Source: Syntrophorhabdaceae bacterium
Lineage (GTDB): Bacteria; Desulfobacterota; Syntrophorhabdia; Syntrophorhabdales; Syntrophorhabdaceae
Direction of reading: 5' to 3'
Assembly (NCBI GenBank): GCA_963666485.2
Contig: CAXXUO010000009.1
Location: forward strand, 256,001 to 320,000
DNA: 64,000 nt
Shown here: positions 9,401-18,323 of the stretch, one piece after another
How the letters are laid out: each line of letters begins with the position of its first letter
Position numbering within the stretch: the stretch's first letter is position 1
The notes under the pieces: model-generated
What the model saw: the letters and a program-made list of their open reading frames with translations, nothing else
Told to the model about the DNA's origin: nothing
The model's database searches: none
Translations under genes and position numbers: made by a program

Positions 9401-10940
9401 CCCGCGATGATGTCCATTCATATGCGGCGATCGAACCATCGGGATCCGTACCGTGGCCCGTGAATGTCACGTTCTGGCCCGTGACGGCCGGGTTTGGCGT
9501 GATGGAGTCTATGACTGCCTGAGGGGCCTGATTGGCCCCCTGCTCGACGACAAGGGATGACGTCACCGGTGTCGACCAGAGACCCAGGTTGTCCTTGACC
9601 CTGAACGATATTGTGTGGGTGCCCGCGCTCAATGTCGATATTGTGAACGTGACGGCAGTTCCTATGGTCCCGTCGATCGACGATGTCCATTCGTAAGCAG
9701 CGATCGAACCATCGGGATCCGTACCGTGGCCCGTGAATGTCACGTTCTGGCCCGTGACGGCCGGGTTTGGCGTGATGGAGTCTATGACTGCCTGAGGGGA
9801 CTGATTGGTCGATACCAGGGTAAACTTTACCGCGTCGGCGCAGGTGCTTATCGTATCGCCGTTTGCCGCGGTAATGGTCACGGAACCCGCACCGTTGAAA
9901 TAGAATGTCCCGAGACTGTTCCACTGCCCCGAATTCTGTTTCTGATTGACCGTCGTAGTGCTCGTTCCCCCCGTGTAATTGATCGCGACAGGGGCGCTGG
10001 AGGGCCGGCTGGAATACCCGGACCACCACATGAACACCTCATATGAGCCGGCAGGTTGGCCGTTCATTGCAAACGTGTACGTTGCACCGTTTCGCGACCA
10101 GAGGCTTGTCGAGCCATACGGGCTGGTGCCCCCGGACGCAGCCCAGGACCCGGTATACGATGTCCCGGTTTGACCGTTGTCGATGATAACCTCTACGGAC
10201 GGTGTCCCGACGACAAGCTGCATTGTCGCCGGGGGAGACCACATATCGGAGTTGTCTTTGACCCTGAAAGAGATAGTGTGTGTTCCGGAGCTCAGTGCCG
10301 CTGTCGAAAATGTGTCCGTGGTGCCGATCGTGCCGTTGATGGATGAGGTCCATTCGTACGCGGTCACGGTCCCGTCGGAGTCCGTGCCATGCCCGGCAAA
10401 TGTGACGTTCTCACCGACATCCGCGGGCGACGGCGTGATGGAATCTATGGCTGCCTGAGGGGCCTGATTGGTCGATACCAGGGTAAACTTCACCGCGTCC
10501 GCGCACGTGCTGATCGTGTCGCCGTTCGGTGCGGTGATGGTCACGGAGCCCGTGCCGTTGAAGTAGAATGTCCCGAGGCTGTTCCACTTTCCCGCATTCT
10601 GTTTCTGGTTGACCGTCGTATTGCTCGTCCCCCCCGTGTAATTGATCGCGACAGGGGCGCTGGAGGGCCGGCTGGAATACCCGGACCACCACATGAACAC
10701 CTCATACGTGCCGGCTGGCTGGCCGCTCATTGCAAACGTGTACGTTGCACCGTTTCTCGACCAGAGGCTTGTCGAGCCATACGGGCTGGTGCCCCCGGAC
10801 AACGCCCAAGAGCCCGTGTAACTCGTTCCGGAACCCCCATTGTCAATTATGACGTCGGCCGCTGAGACCGGTGCCGCAATGAACAGTGTAAAGAGAAAAA
10901 AGATAAACAACAGACCGTACTTCTTCGACACATTGATCAT
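6414..10940 (-). CDS. Large secreted multidomain protein, 1508 aa; paralogue of 2367..6311 with extra Ig/PKD repeats
   Basis: Signal peptide ending APVSA/AD; four CBM-like repeats; seven Ig/PKD repeats; shares the NGHSNFGLG and YSRMFYxSCNSC blocks; RBS AGAGGTG. Confidence 0.85.
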   Translation of the reverse strand: MINVSKKYGLLFIFFLFTLFIAAPVSAADVIIDNGGSGTSYTGSWALSGGTSPYGSTSLWSRNGATYTFAMSGQPAGTYEVFMWWSGYSSRPSSAPVAINYTGGTSNTTVNQKQNAGKWNSLGTFYFNGTGSVTITAPNGDTISTCADAVKFTLVSTNQAPQAAIDSITPSPADVGENVTFAGHGTDSDGTVTAYEWTSSINGTIGTTDTFSTAALSSGTHTISFRVKDNSDMWSPPATMQLVVGTPSVEVIIDNGQTGTSYTGSWAASGGTSPYGSTSLWSRNGATYTFAMNGQPAGSYEVFMWWSGYSSRPSSAPVAINYTGGTSTTTVNQKQNSGQWNSLGTFYFNGAGSVTITAANGDTISTCADAVKFTLVSTNQSPQAVIDSITPNPAVTGQNVTFTGHGTDPDGSIAAYEWTSSIDGTIGTAVTFTISTLSAGTHTISFRVKDNLGLWSTPVTSSLVVEQGANQAPQAVIDSITPNPAVTGQNVTFTGHGTDPDGSIAAYEWTSSRDGAIGTAATFAISTLSAGTHTISFRVKDNLGLWSTPVTSSLVVEQGPNTPPTAAIDSITPNPAVTGQTVTFTGHGTDADGSIAAYQWSSSIDGIIGTTASFSSTALSAGTHTITFSVMDNGDAWSAAVTSSLTIGNVMPSEAIIDNTDTRTSRTGSWSTSAASGYYGTNSLWSRDGATFTWRFTPAATGFYEVFMWWTTTSTRSSAIPVSIAHSGGTQTATINQLQNGGRWNSLGTYEFIAGTTYNVTITSQANPTSTCADAVKFSPAVLSAPTADFSAAVTWGTKPITIQFTDQSLGVIKAWAWNFGDGGTSTDQNPSHTYTSPGIYTVSLTVSNDAGQNTKTRTDYVHVDTTGEHIYLCDGYASDALFIPNAKTLLKGMGGNVSGDVWTYTNATTGKTFYLHTVKDAAAMTAAIKTEGAHVIFNGHSNFGLGATFATGDEVYTQEITAIRYINDDRFTNFSSDMVSVKIDGVQYGQAYPNWLPVYKDGTSGIMPYTFSQGLPPYNYYLTYKVSGDPTIYKIELEDGKTIQRFPDSATPAWFSTTGAKPDPALNPEYFIVNNDADYNRCDFVGTWPFESVPNGGYMGADGYLGYNYQYHAAGTGTNTATWTLVVTYPGLYATLASWKANAANASNAKYTVNHAAGSAVVEVDQRVSNFVNTLGVYYFNPGVYTIRLSDNANGRVIADAVVLSAVDNPQKIFQAEFDADVLAGASPLAVQFTDYSGYYNMADTTASITQWRWNFGDGGTSTTQHPVHTYSSPGVYTVSLTVTDSTGATDTETKTGLIAVGQSAPLRANFTSSSRMGSDRTVVTFADQSSGSITNWLWDFGDGATSTEQNPTHTYTVPGTYTVSLTVTGPGGSSTETETDFVNNIIGLIYADNTAHHRPHFYSRITGSPITFGKVILDARPVKIPDEDMKYSRMFYGSCNSCSYYGGTFQRGIFYCTTGDSDSYTALNYLEYYLKGYTDDQILSVVNSVQPIHHILDFTRKPPSMR
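9265..9798. repeat. Tandem duplication of one Ig/PKD-coding unit with a 273-bp period
   Basis: 9265-9525 and 9538-9798 are near-identical in DNA and protein (QAVIDSITPNPAVTGQNVTF...STPVTSSLVVEQG). Confidence 0.85.
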
Positions 10941-11060
10941 GGATTCACCTCTTTTTTGACGCGATCAGTCAGGTAACCTTTATCTGCCCGAACGGGCATG
11001 TGCAGTACATATCTTTCAGGCAGCAACTGCCTTTCCCAACCGTGTTCAACTCCCTATTTT

Positions 11061-12362
11061 TCACGAAAAATACCGATTTTCGTACTGGTGTAATGCCCGC
11101 GACATTATCGACCTGTGCTTGCCGGTCGATCCTCTGTCGAGGGCCTCAACTTCGATAACATCGACATGAATGGAACCGTTGACGACCCTTTTGATCTTCG
11201 CATCTATCTCATCCTTTAACTTCCGGAAATCGACCGCCCCCTCGGGCACGATGCTTATCATGAGATCTTTATTATCTTTCTGAACAACCCTGAACTCTTT
11301 TACCTCCGGTATGGTTTCTATCTGAAAGACTATCGTCTGGGGGTCCATAAGCTTGCCGGAGGGCATGACAAGAAAATCGTCGCACCTTCCAACAATAGCC
11401 TTGAGCACAGGGAAATGCCTTCCGCACGGACATTTTTCTGCTGACAGGGTCCCGACATCGCCTATCTCGTAACGGATATAGGGCATTGAATAATTGTTGA
11501 GGGAGGTCACGATGATCCTGCCGGGCTCTCCCGCGGGAAGCCTCCTGCCGTCCTGGTCAACTATCTCGAGGACGACATTGTCAGCCGCGACATGAAGGTT
11601 CTGCATCCTGCATTCGAAGGCGATGGCCGAGAACTCGAGGCACGAGTAATCGTCGTACACCTTGCATTGAAATATATCCTCGATGTATGCCCGTGCATAT
11701 GCGGTCAGCAGTTCGGAATTGGACATGAGAAACTTCAGGTTCAAGGCCCTGCCACGCTCGCTCCCCAGGGTTTTTGCCAGGAGGTAAAGCACCGACGGGT
11801 AGGCGTTGATGATCCGGGGCCTTATCTTGTCTATCTCCGATACCTGGCGCTCCGGTCCCCATTCGAGGGGAATAAAGGAGCGCCTGAACAGATTGACCTT
11901 CTGCAATGCAATACGGGTGACCGGGGGAGAGTAACGAACGTAGGCCATCTTGTCCCAGGGTTTGTAACCGATGTCGATGAGCTGCCTGAACTGCATGAGA
12001 CGGTAGAGCGCGGCCACATCATTATCAAGGACCACTTCGAGTTTCTTGCCCGACGACCCGGACGTCATCCGTGGTGAGCACCGGGCAGGATCGACCCCGC
12101 ACATGAGGATACCATCCGGGTAATTCGCAAGGACAATATCCTTGGTGAGGATGGGAACTCCCTCGAGATCGTCAAAAGACGAGATGCTGTCCGGGCGTAT
12201 TCCCGCCGAGTCGAAGAGCCTGCGGTAATACGGGACCCGCGCAAAGGCATGGGCGATGAGCTTTCTCAACGCCCTCTCCTGCATGGCGGTAACTTGATCG
12301 GATGCCTTCCACTGGTTGCGGTACACTGTCGGCCACTGCAAGAGGTGGTAGAGATAGCGCAT
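11061..12362 (-). CDS. Phenylacetate-CoA-ligase-like (CapK/PaaK family) adenylate-forming enzyme
   Basis: VPYYRRLF, TSGSSG loop, YSCLEF, MPYIRYEIGDVG, GRCDD. Likely start is ATG 12362, just after the upstream stop. Confidence 0.85.
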   Translation of the reverse strand: MRYLYHLLQWPTVYRNQWKASDQVTAMQERALRKLIAHAFARVPYYRRLFDSAGIRPDSISSFDDLEGVPILTKDIVLANYPDGILMCGVDPARCSPRMTSGSSGKKLEVVLDNDVAALYRLMQFRQLIDIGYKPWDKMAYVRYSPPVTRIALQKVNLFRRSFIPLEWGPERQVSEIDKIRPRIINAYPSVLYLLAKTLGSERGRALNLKFLMSNSELLTAYARAYIEDIFQCKVYDDYSCLEFSAIAFECRMQNLHVAADNVVLEIVDQDGRRLPAGEPGRIIVTSLNNYSMPYIRYEIGDVGTLSAEKCPCGRHFPVLKAIVGRCDDFLVMPSGKLMDPQTIVFQIETIPEVKEFRVVQKDNKDLMISIVPEGAVDFRKLKDEIDAKIKRVVNGSIHVDVIEVEALDRGSTGKHRSIMSRALHQYENRYFS

Positions 12363-12366
12363 CCCT

Positions 12367-13098
12367 TCAAACCTTCCTGCAGATCGCCGAGAACCTGAAA
12401 TCCACCACTCCAAGACAACCCTTGATTACCTTCTTGAGTTCGCCCGACCGGCAGTATTTCCTCTTCTGGACCCTGTAATCTTCCGCCTGGGACCATGTTA
12501 CCCTGAACCCGCTCTTATCAAGCAACGACAGGACCGGGGACCGGGAGAAATTGAAAGGATGCCCCCTGTCTATCTCCATGCATTCCATGAGGTCCCTGAC
12601 GGCGGCCCCGAACCTGGTGTATATGTTGAGGCTCAAGAACATGACGCCTCCCGCCTCGAGGCTCCTGTGTATGCCGGAGAGGACGCCGCCGGGGTCCTTC
12701 ATGTGGTCGAGCACGTTGTCGAGAATGACGAGCGAAAATGTCCTCTCGAGGGAAAGGACGTCCTCACCCCTGCCGGTATGGCGCCTGACCGCCTCGTCCC
12801 TGACGCTCACAAAGTCAGCCTGAGAAGCGTAGTAGTCCTCGAGCGGGTCAAGGGCATAGCGTTCATCGGCATCGATATAGTTGACAAGGCCGACAGGCCC
12901 CGGCCCTATTTCAAGGACACTGACCGGGTCGTGTCCGTTGAGGAGCGGCCTGACCTGCATCCAGAGTCGACGGGCCCTGTCCTCGTACCACGCGAACTGC
13001 GGTCGCTCTCCCGCCTGTCCCGCTACCTGCCGCGACCAGAAACTCCTCTCGTATACCTGCGCCTTTTCCCATCTCATATCAGAAATGCTGCGCTGCAT
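12367..13098 (-). CDS. Class I SAM-dependent methyltransferase
   Basis: VLEIGPGP motif I, ALDPL, NVLDHMKDP, LEAGG. Confidence 0.85.
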   Translation of the reverse strand: MQRSISDMRWEKAQVYERSFWSRQVAGQAGERPQFAWYEDRARRLWMQVRPLLNGHDPVSVLEIGPGPVGLVNYIDADERYALDPLEDYYASQADFVSVRDEAVRRHTGRGEDVLSLERTFSLVILDNVLDHMKDPGGVLSGIHRSLEAGGVMFLSLNIYTRFGAAVRDLMECMEIDRGHPFNFSRSPVLSLLDKSGFRVTWSQAEDYRVQKRKYCRSGELKKVIKGCLGVVDFRFSAICRKV

Positions 13099-13109
13099 GT
13101 CTCCCTCTC

Positions 13110-14345
13110 TTACGCGCCTTCAACAGGCTGACCGGTTTCGGCGGACTGTTCGTACAAATACCGTATGGAAGCTGCGATGCCCAGCAGGAGATAGAGATTG
13201 ACGGAGTGCCCGTGGCTGAGCAGCAAGCCCCCGACCCAGAACCCGTAAAAGGACAATTCCACGAAGAAGGCAAGGCCGGACAGAGGGTTGCCCCGGTCCC
13301 TGCGTATTCTTCTCAGATGGACGATCGTGAAAATATTGAGGGCGAGGAAAACGATCAGGCCCGGAATGCCGGTTTCGACGGCGACCTGCAGGACAGAGGA
13401 ATGCGAGGTCAGCCATTTCTGCGTACCGCCTTCACCGGCACGAAACTGGCCGAGGGCTATTGTCGAACATCCTGCTCCCGCGCCCAGGACGGGATGTTCG
13501 GCAATGATCGACAGGTTCTGCTTCCAGATATTGATCCGACCGTTCGGATCGGTCAGGTTATAGTCCTGGCCGATGTTTTGAAACCGTCCTTCGACAGAGG
13601 AAAAGAAGTTGAGGAAAATAAATGCCAGCACGATGACAACAGCTATCTTCGCCCCTGACCGGACCCTGGGCGCACTTCTCATGAAAAAGGCAGCGATAAC
13701 GACGATCAGCGCCAGCACCCCTCCCCTGGACCGGCTCATCATGATCCCCGCCGCGGCAATACAGGCGGCAATGATTGCGAGGAGCCTCGCTTTCGCGCCG
13801 TGTCCGGCAAGCAGCACGTAAAGGCATACGGGGATGAAGGCGGCAAATACCATGGCTATGTCGTTCGGGTCATACATTGCGCTCGCATCAGCCCGGAAGC
13901 CCTGATATGCGACTGCTTCCACGATATAAAGAGAAGCCGAGAAAAGCACGCTGAGGACTATCACCGCCGCGGTTATATGAAACCTCCTCATAGACCGCAA
14001 CTGGATCATACAGACAAGGAAGTAGGCAATGGTTGCGGGCATGGTGGTGGCAAGAAACTTGAATGCCACGCCCCTGTGGACCGCAAACGGCATCCCCGCC
14101 AGCATGATGAGATACAAAAGAAGGACCAGGCGCACCTCGGGACGCCTGAACATCCCGCCCGGGACCTCGACCCTTTCAAAAAACATGACGATCAGGGTGA
14201 GAATACAGATCGACAGCACCGGCCTGAGTGCGGAAAGAGGGATCAGGTAATCCTGGGGCCTCGAAATGATGATAAACGTCCATATCAGGAAACAGATGAA
14301 GGACGGGCCGAGCCGTTCGGCCGGTCTATATGATTGCGTATCCAT
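13110..14345 (-). CDS. O-antigen ligase / Wzy-type polymerase family membrane protein
   Basis: Many TM helices; DPNDIA, SRSRGG, GRINIW, HPVLGAG, SHSSVLQVAVETGIPG. RBS GGAG precedes ATG 14345. Confidence 0.85.
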   Translation of the reverse strand: MDTQSYRPAERLGPSFICFLIWTFIIISRPQDYLIPLSALRPVLSICILTLIVMFFERVEVPGGMFRRPEVRLVLLLYLIMLAGMPFAVHRGVAFKFLATTMPATIAYFLVCMIQLRSMRRFHITAAVIVLSVLFSASLYIVEAVAYQGFRADASAMYDPNDIAMVFAAFIPVCLYVLLAGHGAKARLLAIIAACIAAAGIMMSRSRGGVLALIVVIAAFFMRSAPRVRSGAKIAVVIVLAFIFLNFFSSVEGRFQNIGQDYNLTDPNGRINIWKQNLSIIAEHPVLGAGAGCSTIALGQFRAGEGGTQKWLTSHSSVLQVAVETGIPGLIVFLALNIFTIVHLRRIRRDRGNPLSGLAFFVELSFYGFWVGGLLLSHGHSVNLYLLLGIAASIRYLYEQSAETGQPVEGA

Positions 14346-14371
14346 ATACAGATCTCCTTCCCAATCCCGTC

Positions 14372-15958
14372 TCAATCAGTTGAAGGCGTGGTTTTTTCAG
14401 AGCGTGAACGAGCAGAAACCGCTATCGTCTGGACAACCCCGGTCACTGATCGCACCGCTGATGTGACATCGTTCCATCTTTCGGTCCGTTCCTGTCGTGA
14501 AAGGCATATTTTCCATGAGCAGCAGGAATAGCAGATAAGGCTCACTGCCAGGACCACGATGAATTCTATCCAGCTGTCTATTTTGACTATTAGCGAACCA
14601 ACGTAAAGAAGCAGACCGAAAACCGTTGCCGGCGCCAGGGGAAGGAGGACACCTTTCGCGAAGAACCGGGCAAGAGACAATTTGAGCTGCCTGCACGCAT
14701 ACCAGGGTATAAATACCAGGTTCGCGCACACCATAGGTATAAGCATACCTATTGCAACGCCTGTTATTCCGTAACGTTTCACGAGAAATACGCTGATGGC
14801 GAGGTTCGCGGCGGCCTCAGCGACGGCAATATACGCCAGACTGCCATGCTTCGCAATTCCCTGCAGGGTCTGGGTCGATGCGTACTGTGTGACGTTGGCG
14901 GTTACAGCGATCGTCAGAATGATCAGTATGTGGTATCCGGCGGCGGCATACCGGGAGCCGACCCAGAGGCCCATGAATATGTCCCCGATAACCACGTAGG
15001 CAGCCGCTATGGGGAGTACCACCATCATGGAATATTTCGTCCCGTCGACCAGCACCCTCTTTACGGTCACCTCCCTGCCCTGGGCATTGAGATGGCTCAC
15101 GGCGGGCTGAAACACACCGGTCGACATGATCACAACGCGCAACTCGTCGACAAGGCGGAGCGGGATAGCGTAGATCGTGACAAAGGCAGCTGCAAGATAA
15201 TATCCGATGACCAGGTTGCCGATCGAGAAAATGAACTGTGTCGCGAGATGGTAAACGAAGAGAAGAATGCTGTACCGGCCCACACGTGCCAGCGCGTCAC
15301 GGCTGATGAGCGTGGCTTTGAGCCTGAGCCGCTGGTTGCCGCTGAACACATACGCGGCACGTATCGCTCCGGCGGCCAGCGTCGAGAACACGTGCGTGAC
15401 GGCGATAGCCACAAGCCTGTAACCCATTAAAACGAGCACCACTATGACAACGGTGCGTACGAAGAGGATCGCAAGTGATATCCCGGCAACGTGATCGTAA
15501 CGCTGCATCCCCCTCATGAATCCCGTAAAGAACCCGAAAGGAAGGGACAGACCGATCTGCAGGCCGATAATAGCCGTCACCCAGCGGGCTGACGTGAGCT
15601 CTTCCGCAGGTATCTTGAAATAGTGGACAAAATAAAGGGCCAACACGATGGCAATAAGGAATACGGCGCATCCGGCGGCCACATACACGTAAAAGGCACT
15701 GCTGCATATCCGGTTGAGCTCTTCGTTATCGCCTTTTGCCTTGAACTCGGCGACATATTTTACCACTGAGCCGCTGACCCCGAAATCAAAAAGCCCCAGG
15801 AACCCTGTGAAGCTCATGATAAGGACCCAGATACCATACTGGGTGTCCCCGAGATGCCTTATCAGGAAAGGCATCATCATGAACTGGACGATCGTGCCCA
15901 GGGCAAAAGCCCCCCAATTTGAAAGGATATTCCGCAAGATCTGGACCGACATACCCAT
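14372..15958 (-). CDS. wzx: Wzx-type polysaccharide flippase
   Basis: PFLIRHLGDTQYGIW, LFDFGV, about 14 hydrophobic segments; located in the EPS locus. Confidence 0.85.
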   Translation of the reverse strand: MGMSVQILRNILSNWGAFALGTIVQFMMMPFLIRHLGDTQYGIWVLIMSFTGFLGLFDFGVSGSVVKYVAEFKAKGDNEELNRICSSAFYVYVAAGCAVFLIAIVLALYFVHYFKIPAEELTSARWVTAIIGLQIGLSLPFGFFTGFMRGMQRYDHVAGISLAILFVRTVVIVVLVLMGYRLVAIAVTHVFSTLAAGAIRAAYVFSGNQRLRLKATLISRDALARVGRYSILLFVYHLATQFIFSIGNLVIGYYLAAAFVTIYAIPLRLVDELRVVIMSTGVFQPAVSHLNAQGREVTVKRVLVDGTKYSMMVVLPIAAAYVVIGDIFMGLWVGSRYAAAGYHILIILTIAVTANVTQYASTQTLQGIAKHGSLAYIAVAEAAANLAISVFLVKRYGITGVAIGMLIPMVCANLVFIPWYACRQLKLSLARFFAKGVLLPLAPATVFGLLLYVGSLIVKIDSWIEFIVVLAVSLICYSCCSWKICLSRQERTERWNDVTSAVRSVTGVVQTIAVSARSRSEKTTPSTD

Positions 15959-15959
15959 C

Positions 15960-17099
15960 TTAATTGATCGGTGCACGGATTGCCGTTTTCGACCCGTTCA
16001 CGGAGAACAGGGACTCATACCGCGCAATCCATGTATCGAACCCGTGCTCCTTTATGACATATTCCCGGCCCCTGAGGGCAAGGTCCCGCGCAAGTTCCTC
16101 ATCGCCGATCATTCTCAGAAGAGCTTCCGACAGTTTTCCCGGGTCGTCGGAGGGAACGAGAAGACCGGTCTTACCGTGCTCCACGACCTCCTGTATGCCC
16201 GGCACATCCGTCCCGACCACAGGAAGCCCGGCAGACATGGCTTCAAGCAATGACAGCGGAAGGCCCTCGAAGAAGGAGCTTAGACAGTACATATCCATGA
16301 CCTTCATTATTTCGGGGACATCACTGCGGGCGCCGAGAAGGCAGGCGCTGTCCTGAAGGCCAAGGTCGTCGATGAGCGCTTTGAGCTCATGACCTCTCTT
16401 GCCTTCACCGACAATTATGAGTTTTGCGGCCGGTATGCGTGCGTGGACCATTTTAAAAGCGTTGATGAGATTCGGGTAGTTTTTCTGTTTACGCAGGTTC
16501 CCGACACACCCTATCACAAAGTCATCGCCGTCGAGCCCGATCTCTTTGCGTTTGGCCTCTTTGTCTACCGCCGTTGCAAATTTCCTGTGATTTACCGCAT
16601 TCGTGAGGGTCAAGACCTTGCTGCCCCCCACACCGAATTGATCTTTTATTGCATCCCCGATATCCGGTGAGATCCCGATGGCAGCACCCGAGAGGCGGAT
16701 CATCGCACCCCCCAGGAAAGACCAGAACCTGTTTATCGCAACTATCTCAGTCCTGGTGTGGGCAGTGTAAAACAATTTACAGCGGTGACGTCGTGCGCCG
16801 TAGAAACTGTAAAAGAACGGGGTGAAATGATGTGCGTTGACCACATGGATATTGTTGCGCCCGATGAGACCGGAGACCGTCCTCATTGTGCGCAGCGCAT
16901 CCTGTTTCGCTGACCGGATGGGTATCACGGTGGCAGGCACTCCCATTTCTTCGAATTCCCGGTGAAGAGCGCCATCGATAAAGGCAGCGACAGAACAGTT
17001 GAACTTATCCGGGTCGAGGTGCCCGCAAAGGTCCATAACAAGCCGCTCCGACCCGCCGGTACGCAGGGTCTGCAGAAAAAATAAAACATTGGTTTTCAT
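15960..17099 (-). CDS. Glycosyltransferase family 4 (GT-B)
   Basis: GGSER, VGNLRKQKNY, SSFFEGLPLSLLEAMSAGLPVVGTDVPGIQE. Confidence 0.9.
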   Translation of the reverse strand: MKTNVLFFLQTLRTGGSERLVMDLCGHLDPDKFNCSVAAFIDGALHREFEEMGVPATVIPIRSAKQDALRTMRTVSGLIGRNNIHVVNAHHFTPFFYSFYGARRHRCKLFYTAHTRTEIVAINRFWSFLGGAMIRLSGAAIGISPDIGDAIKDQFGVGGSKVLTLTNAVNHRKFATAVDKEAKRKEIGLDGDDFVIGCVGNLRKQKNYPNLINAFKMVHARIPAAKLIIVGEGKRGHELKALIDDLGLQDSACLLGARSDVPEIMKVMDMYCLSSFFEGLPLSLLEAMSAGLPVVGTDVPGIQEVVEHGKTGLLVPSDDPGKLSEALLRMIGDEELARDLALRGREYVIKEHGFDTWIARYESLFSVNGSKTAIRAPIN

Positions 17100-17109
17100 A
17101 ATGAAGAGG

Positions 17110-17170
17110 GGTTATGGGTGATTGGTGATGAAGACATTTTCCCATTACCAATCACCTATTACCCATTACC
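17110..17170. repeat. Inverted heptamer repeat element
   Basis: GGTTATG GGTGATT GGTGATG, a spacer, then CCATTAC CAATCAC CTATTAC CCATTAC. Confidence 0.65.
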
Positions 17171-17174
17171 TCCT

Positions 17175-18323
17175 TTATCTATTTGTTGCCCATGTCGTGA
17201 ATTTTTCTCCGCGAAAGAATTTGATCCAACCGACAAAAATAGCGAGATTCACCGAGAAGAACGTCTCGACGACCCGGGCGGGCCGGGCGATGATAGACAG
17301 GGGAACACCGAAAATGCCTGCGAGCCACACGCACAGGATGAAGGCCTGAGCACACAGGAAGGAAATGTAAAAGACGTCGGGTTCGACGGATGCGATATAA
17401 ACACTCGTGACGAAAAGGATGCCCAGGGCAAACGGTGCAACGAATTTCATAAGTTTATGGGAGACAAGTTGGAGCGAAAAGACCGGGTACCTGAAGGGGT
17501 TGAGAAGGTCACGGTGCGTGAATATTGCCCGCAATGTCCGCGCCGTGATCCGTACGTGGCGCCTGAACTCACCCCCGGCGCTCCCCGACGTTTCTTCAAT
17601 GCAGAATGCCTTATTTGCCAGGATGCCGCGATAGCCCTGCTGTATTATTTTCACGGGGATCACGAAGTCATTTATGTCGTAGTCCTTGAGCGGCCGGTAA
17701 AGTGTTTTGCGGATCGCGAAGATGGCGCCATCGGCCCCGACACAGGAACCTATTTTTCCTTCCAGGATCTTTGTCAGCCGCTCGATGCGTGTATAAATAC
17801 CGGCTGACGATATCTTTCCTTCACCTGACGCAGACACATATTCGGTCCGTCCGGTGACCCACCCGATCGCGCTGTCGGCAAATTTTTCCACGAGGAACCT
17901 GACGGCTTTCCGGTCATACTGTGAATTGGCGTCCGAAAAAACGATGATATCACCCGCCGCCTCGGGCACCGCCCTGTTGAGGCAGGCCGTTTTCCCGATG
18001 TGGCCTTCGTACCGTTTCAAGACAACGTTCTCACGGCTGAAGCCTTCAACAATACTGTCCGTCATATCGGTAGACCCGTCAGAAATGACAATGATTTCAA
18101 TGAGTCCCCGCGGATAATCGAGGGCAAGCGAGTTTTCTATTTTTTCAGCTATGACAGCCTCCTCGTTATATGCCGAGATAAGCAGGCTGACGCGGGGGAA
18201 CCGGCGCAACCTTCTTCTTTCGTGCAGGTTTCCGCTAAACAGTCCCAATGCCGCGAGCATGAGGGGATACCCGGCATACGCATACACAAGGGAAGCGAGC
18301 GCTATCCAGAAAAGGACTTTCAT
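17175..18323 (-). CDS. Glycosyltransferase family 2 with membrane helices
   Basis: ISAYNEE, SDGSTD, GKTACLN, FSDAN, EFRRHVRI. Start at ATG 18323 (ATGA overlap). Confidence 0.9.
   Translation of the reverse strand: MKVLFWIALASLVYAYAGYPLMLAALGLFSGNLHERRRLRRFPRVSLLISAYNEEAVIAEKIENSLALDYPRGLIEIIVISDGSTDMTDSIVEGFSRENVVLKRYEGHIGKTACLNRAVPEAAGDIIVFSDANSQYDRKAVRFLVEKFADSAIGWVTGRTEYVSASGEGKISSAGIYTRIERLTKILEGKIGSCVGADGAIFAIRKTLYRPLKDYDINDFVIPVKIIQQGYRGILANKAFCIEETSGSAGGEFRRHVRITARTLRAIFTHRDLLNPFRYPVFSLQLVSHKLMKFVAPFALGILFVTSVYIASVEPDVFYISFLCAQAFILCVWLAGIFGVPLSIIARPARVVETFFSVNLAIFVGWIKFFRGEKFTTWATNR

Noticed and set aside
4728..10800. Diversity-generating retroelement template/variable repeat pairs
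   Set aside because: All copies are in-frame domain repeats within the genes, the mismatches are not evidently adenine-specific, and there is no reverse transcriptase in the window.
2367..10940. PEP-CTERM sorting signal or autotransporter barrel on the giant proteins
   Set aside because: The C-termini have no PEP motif, TM helix, basic tail or terminal aromatic beta-strand.
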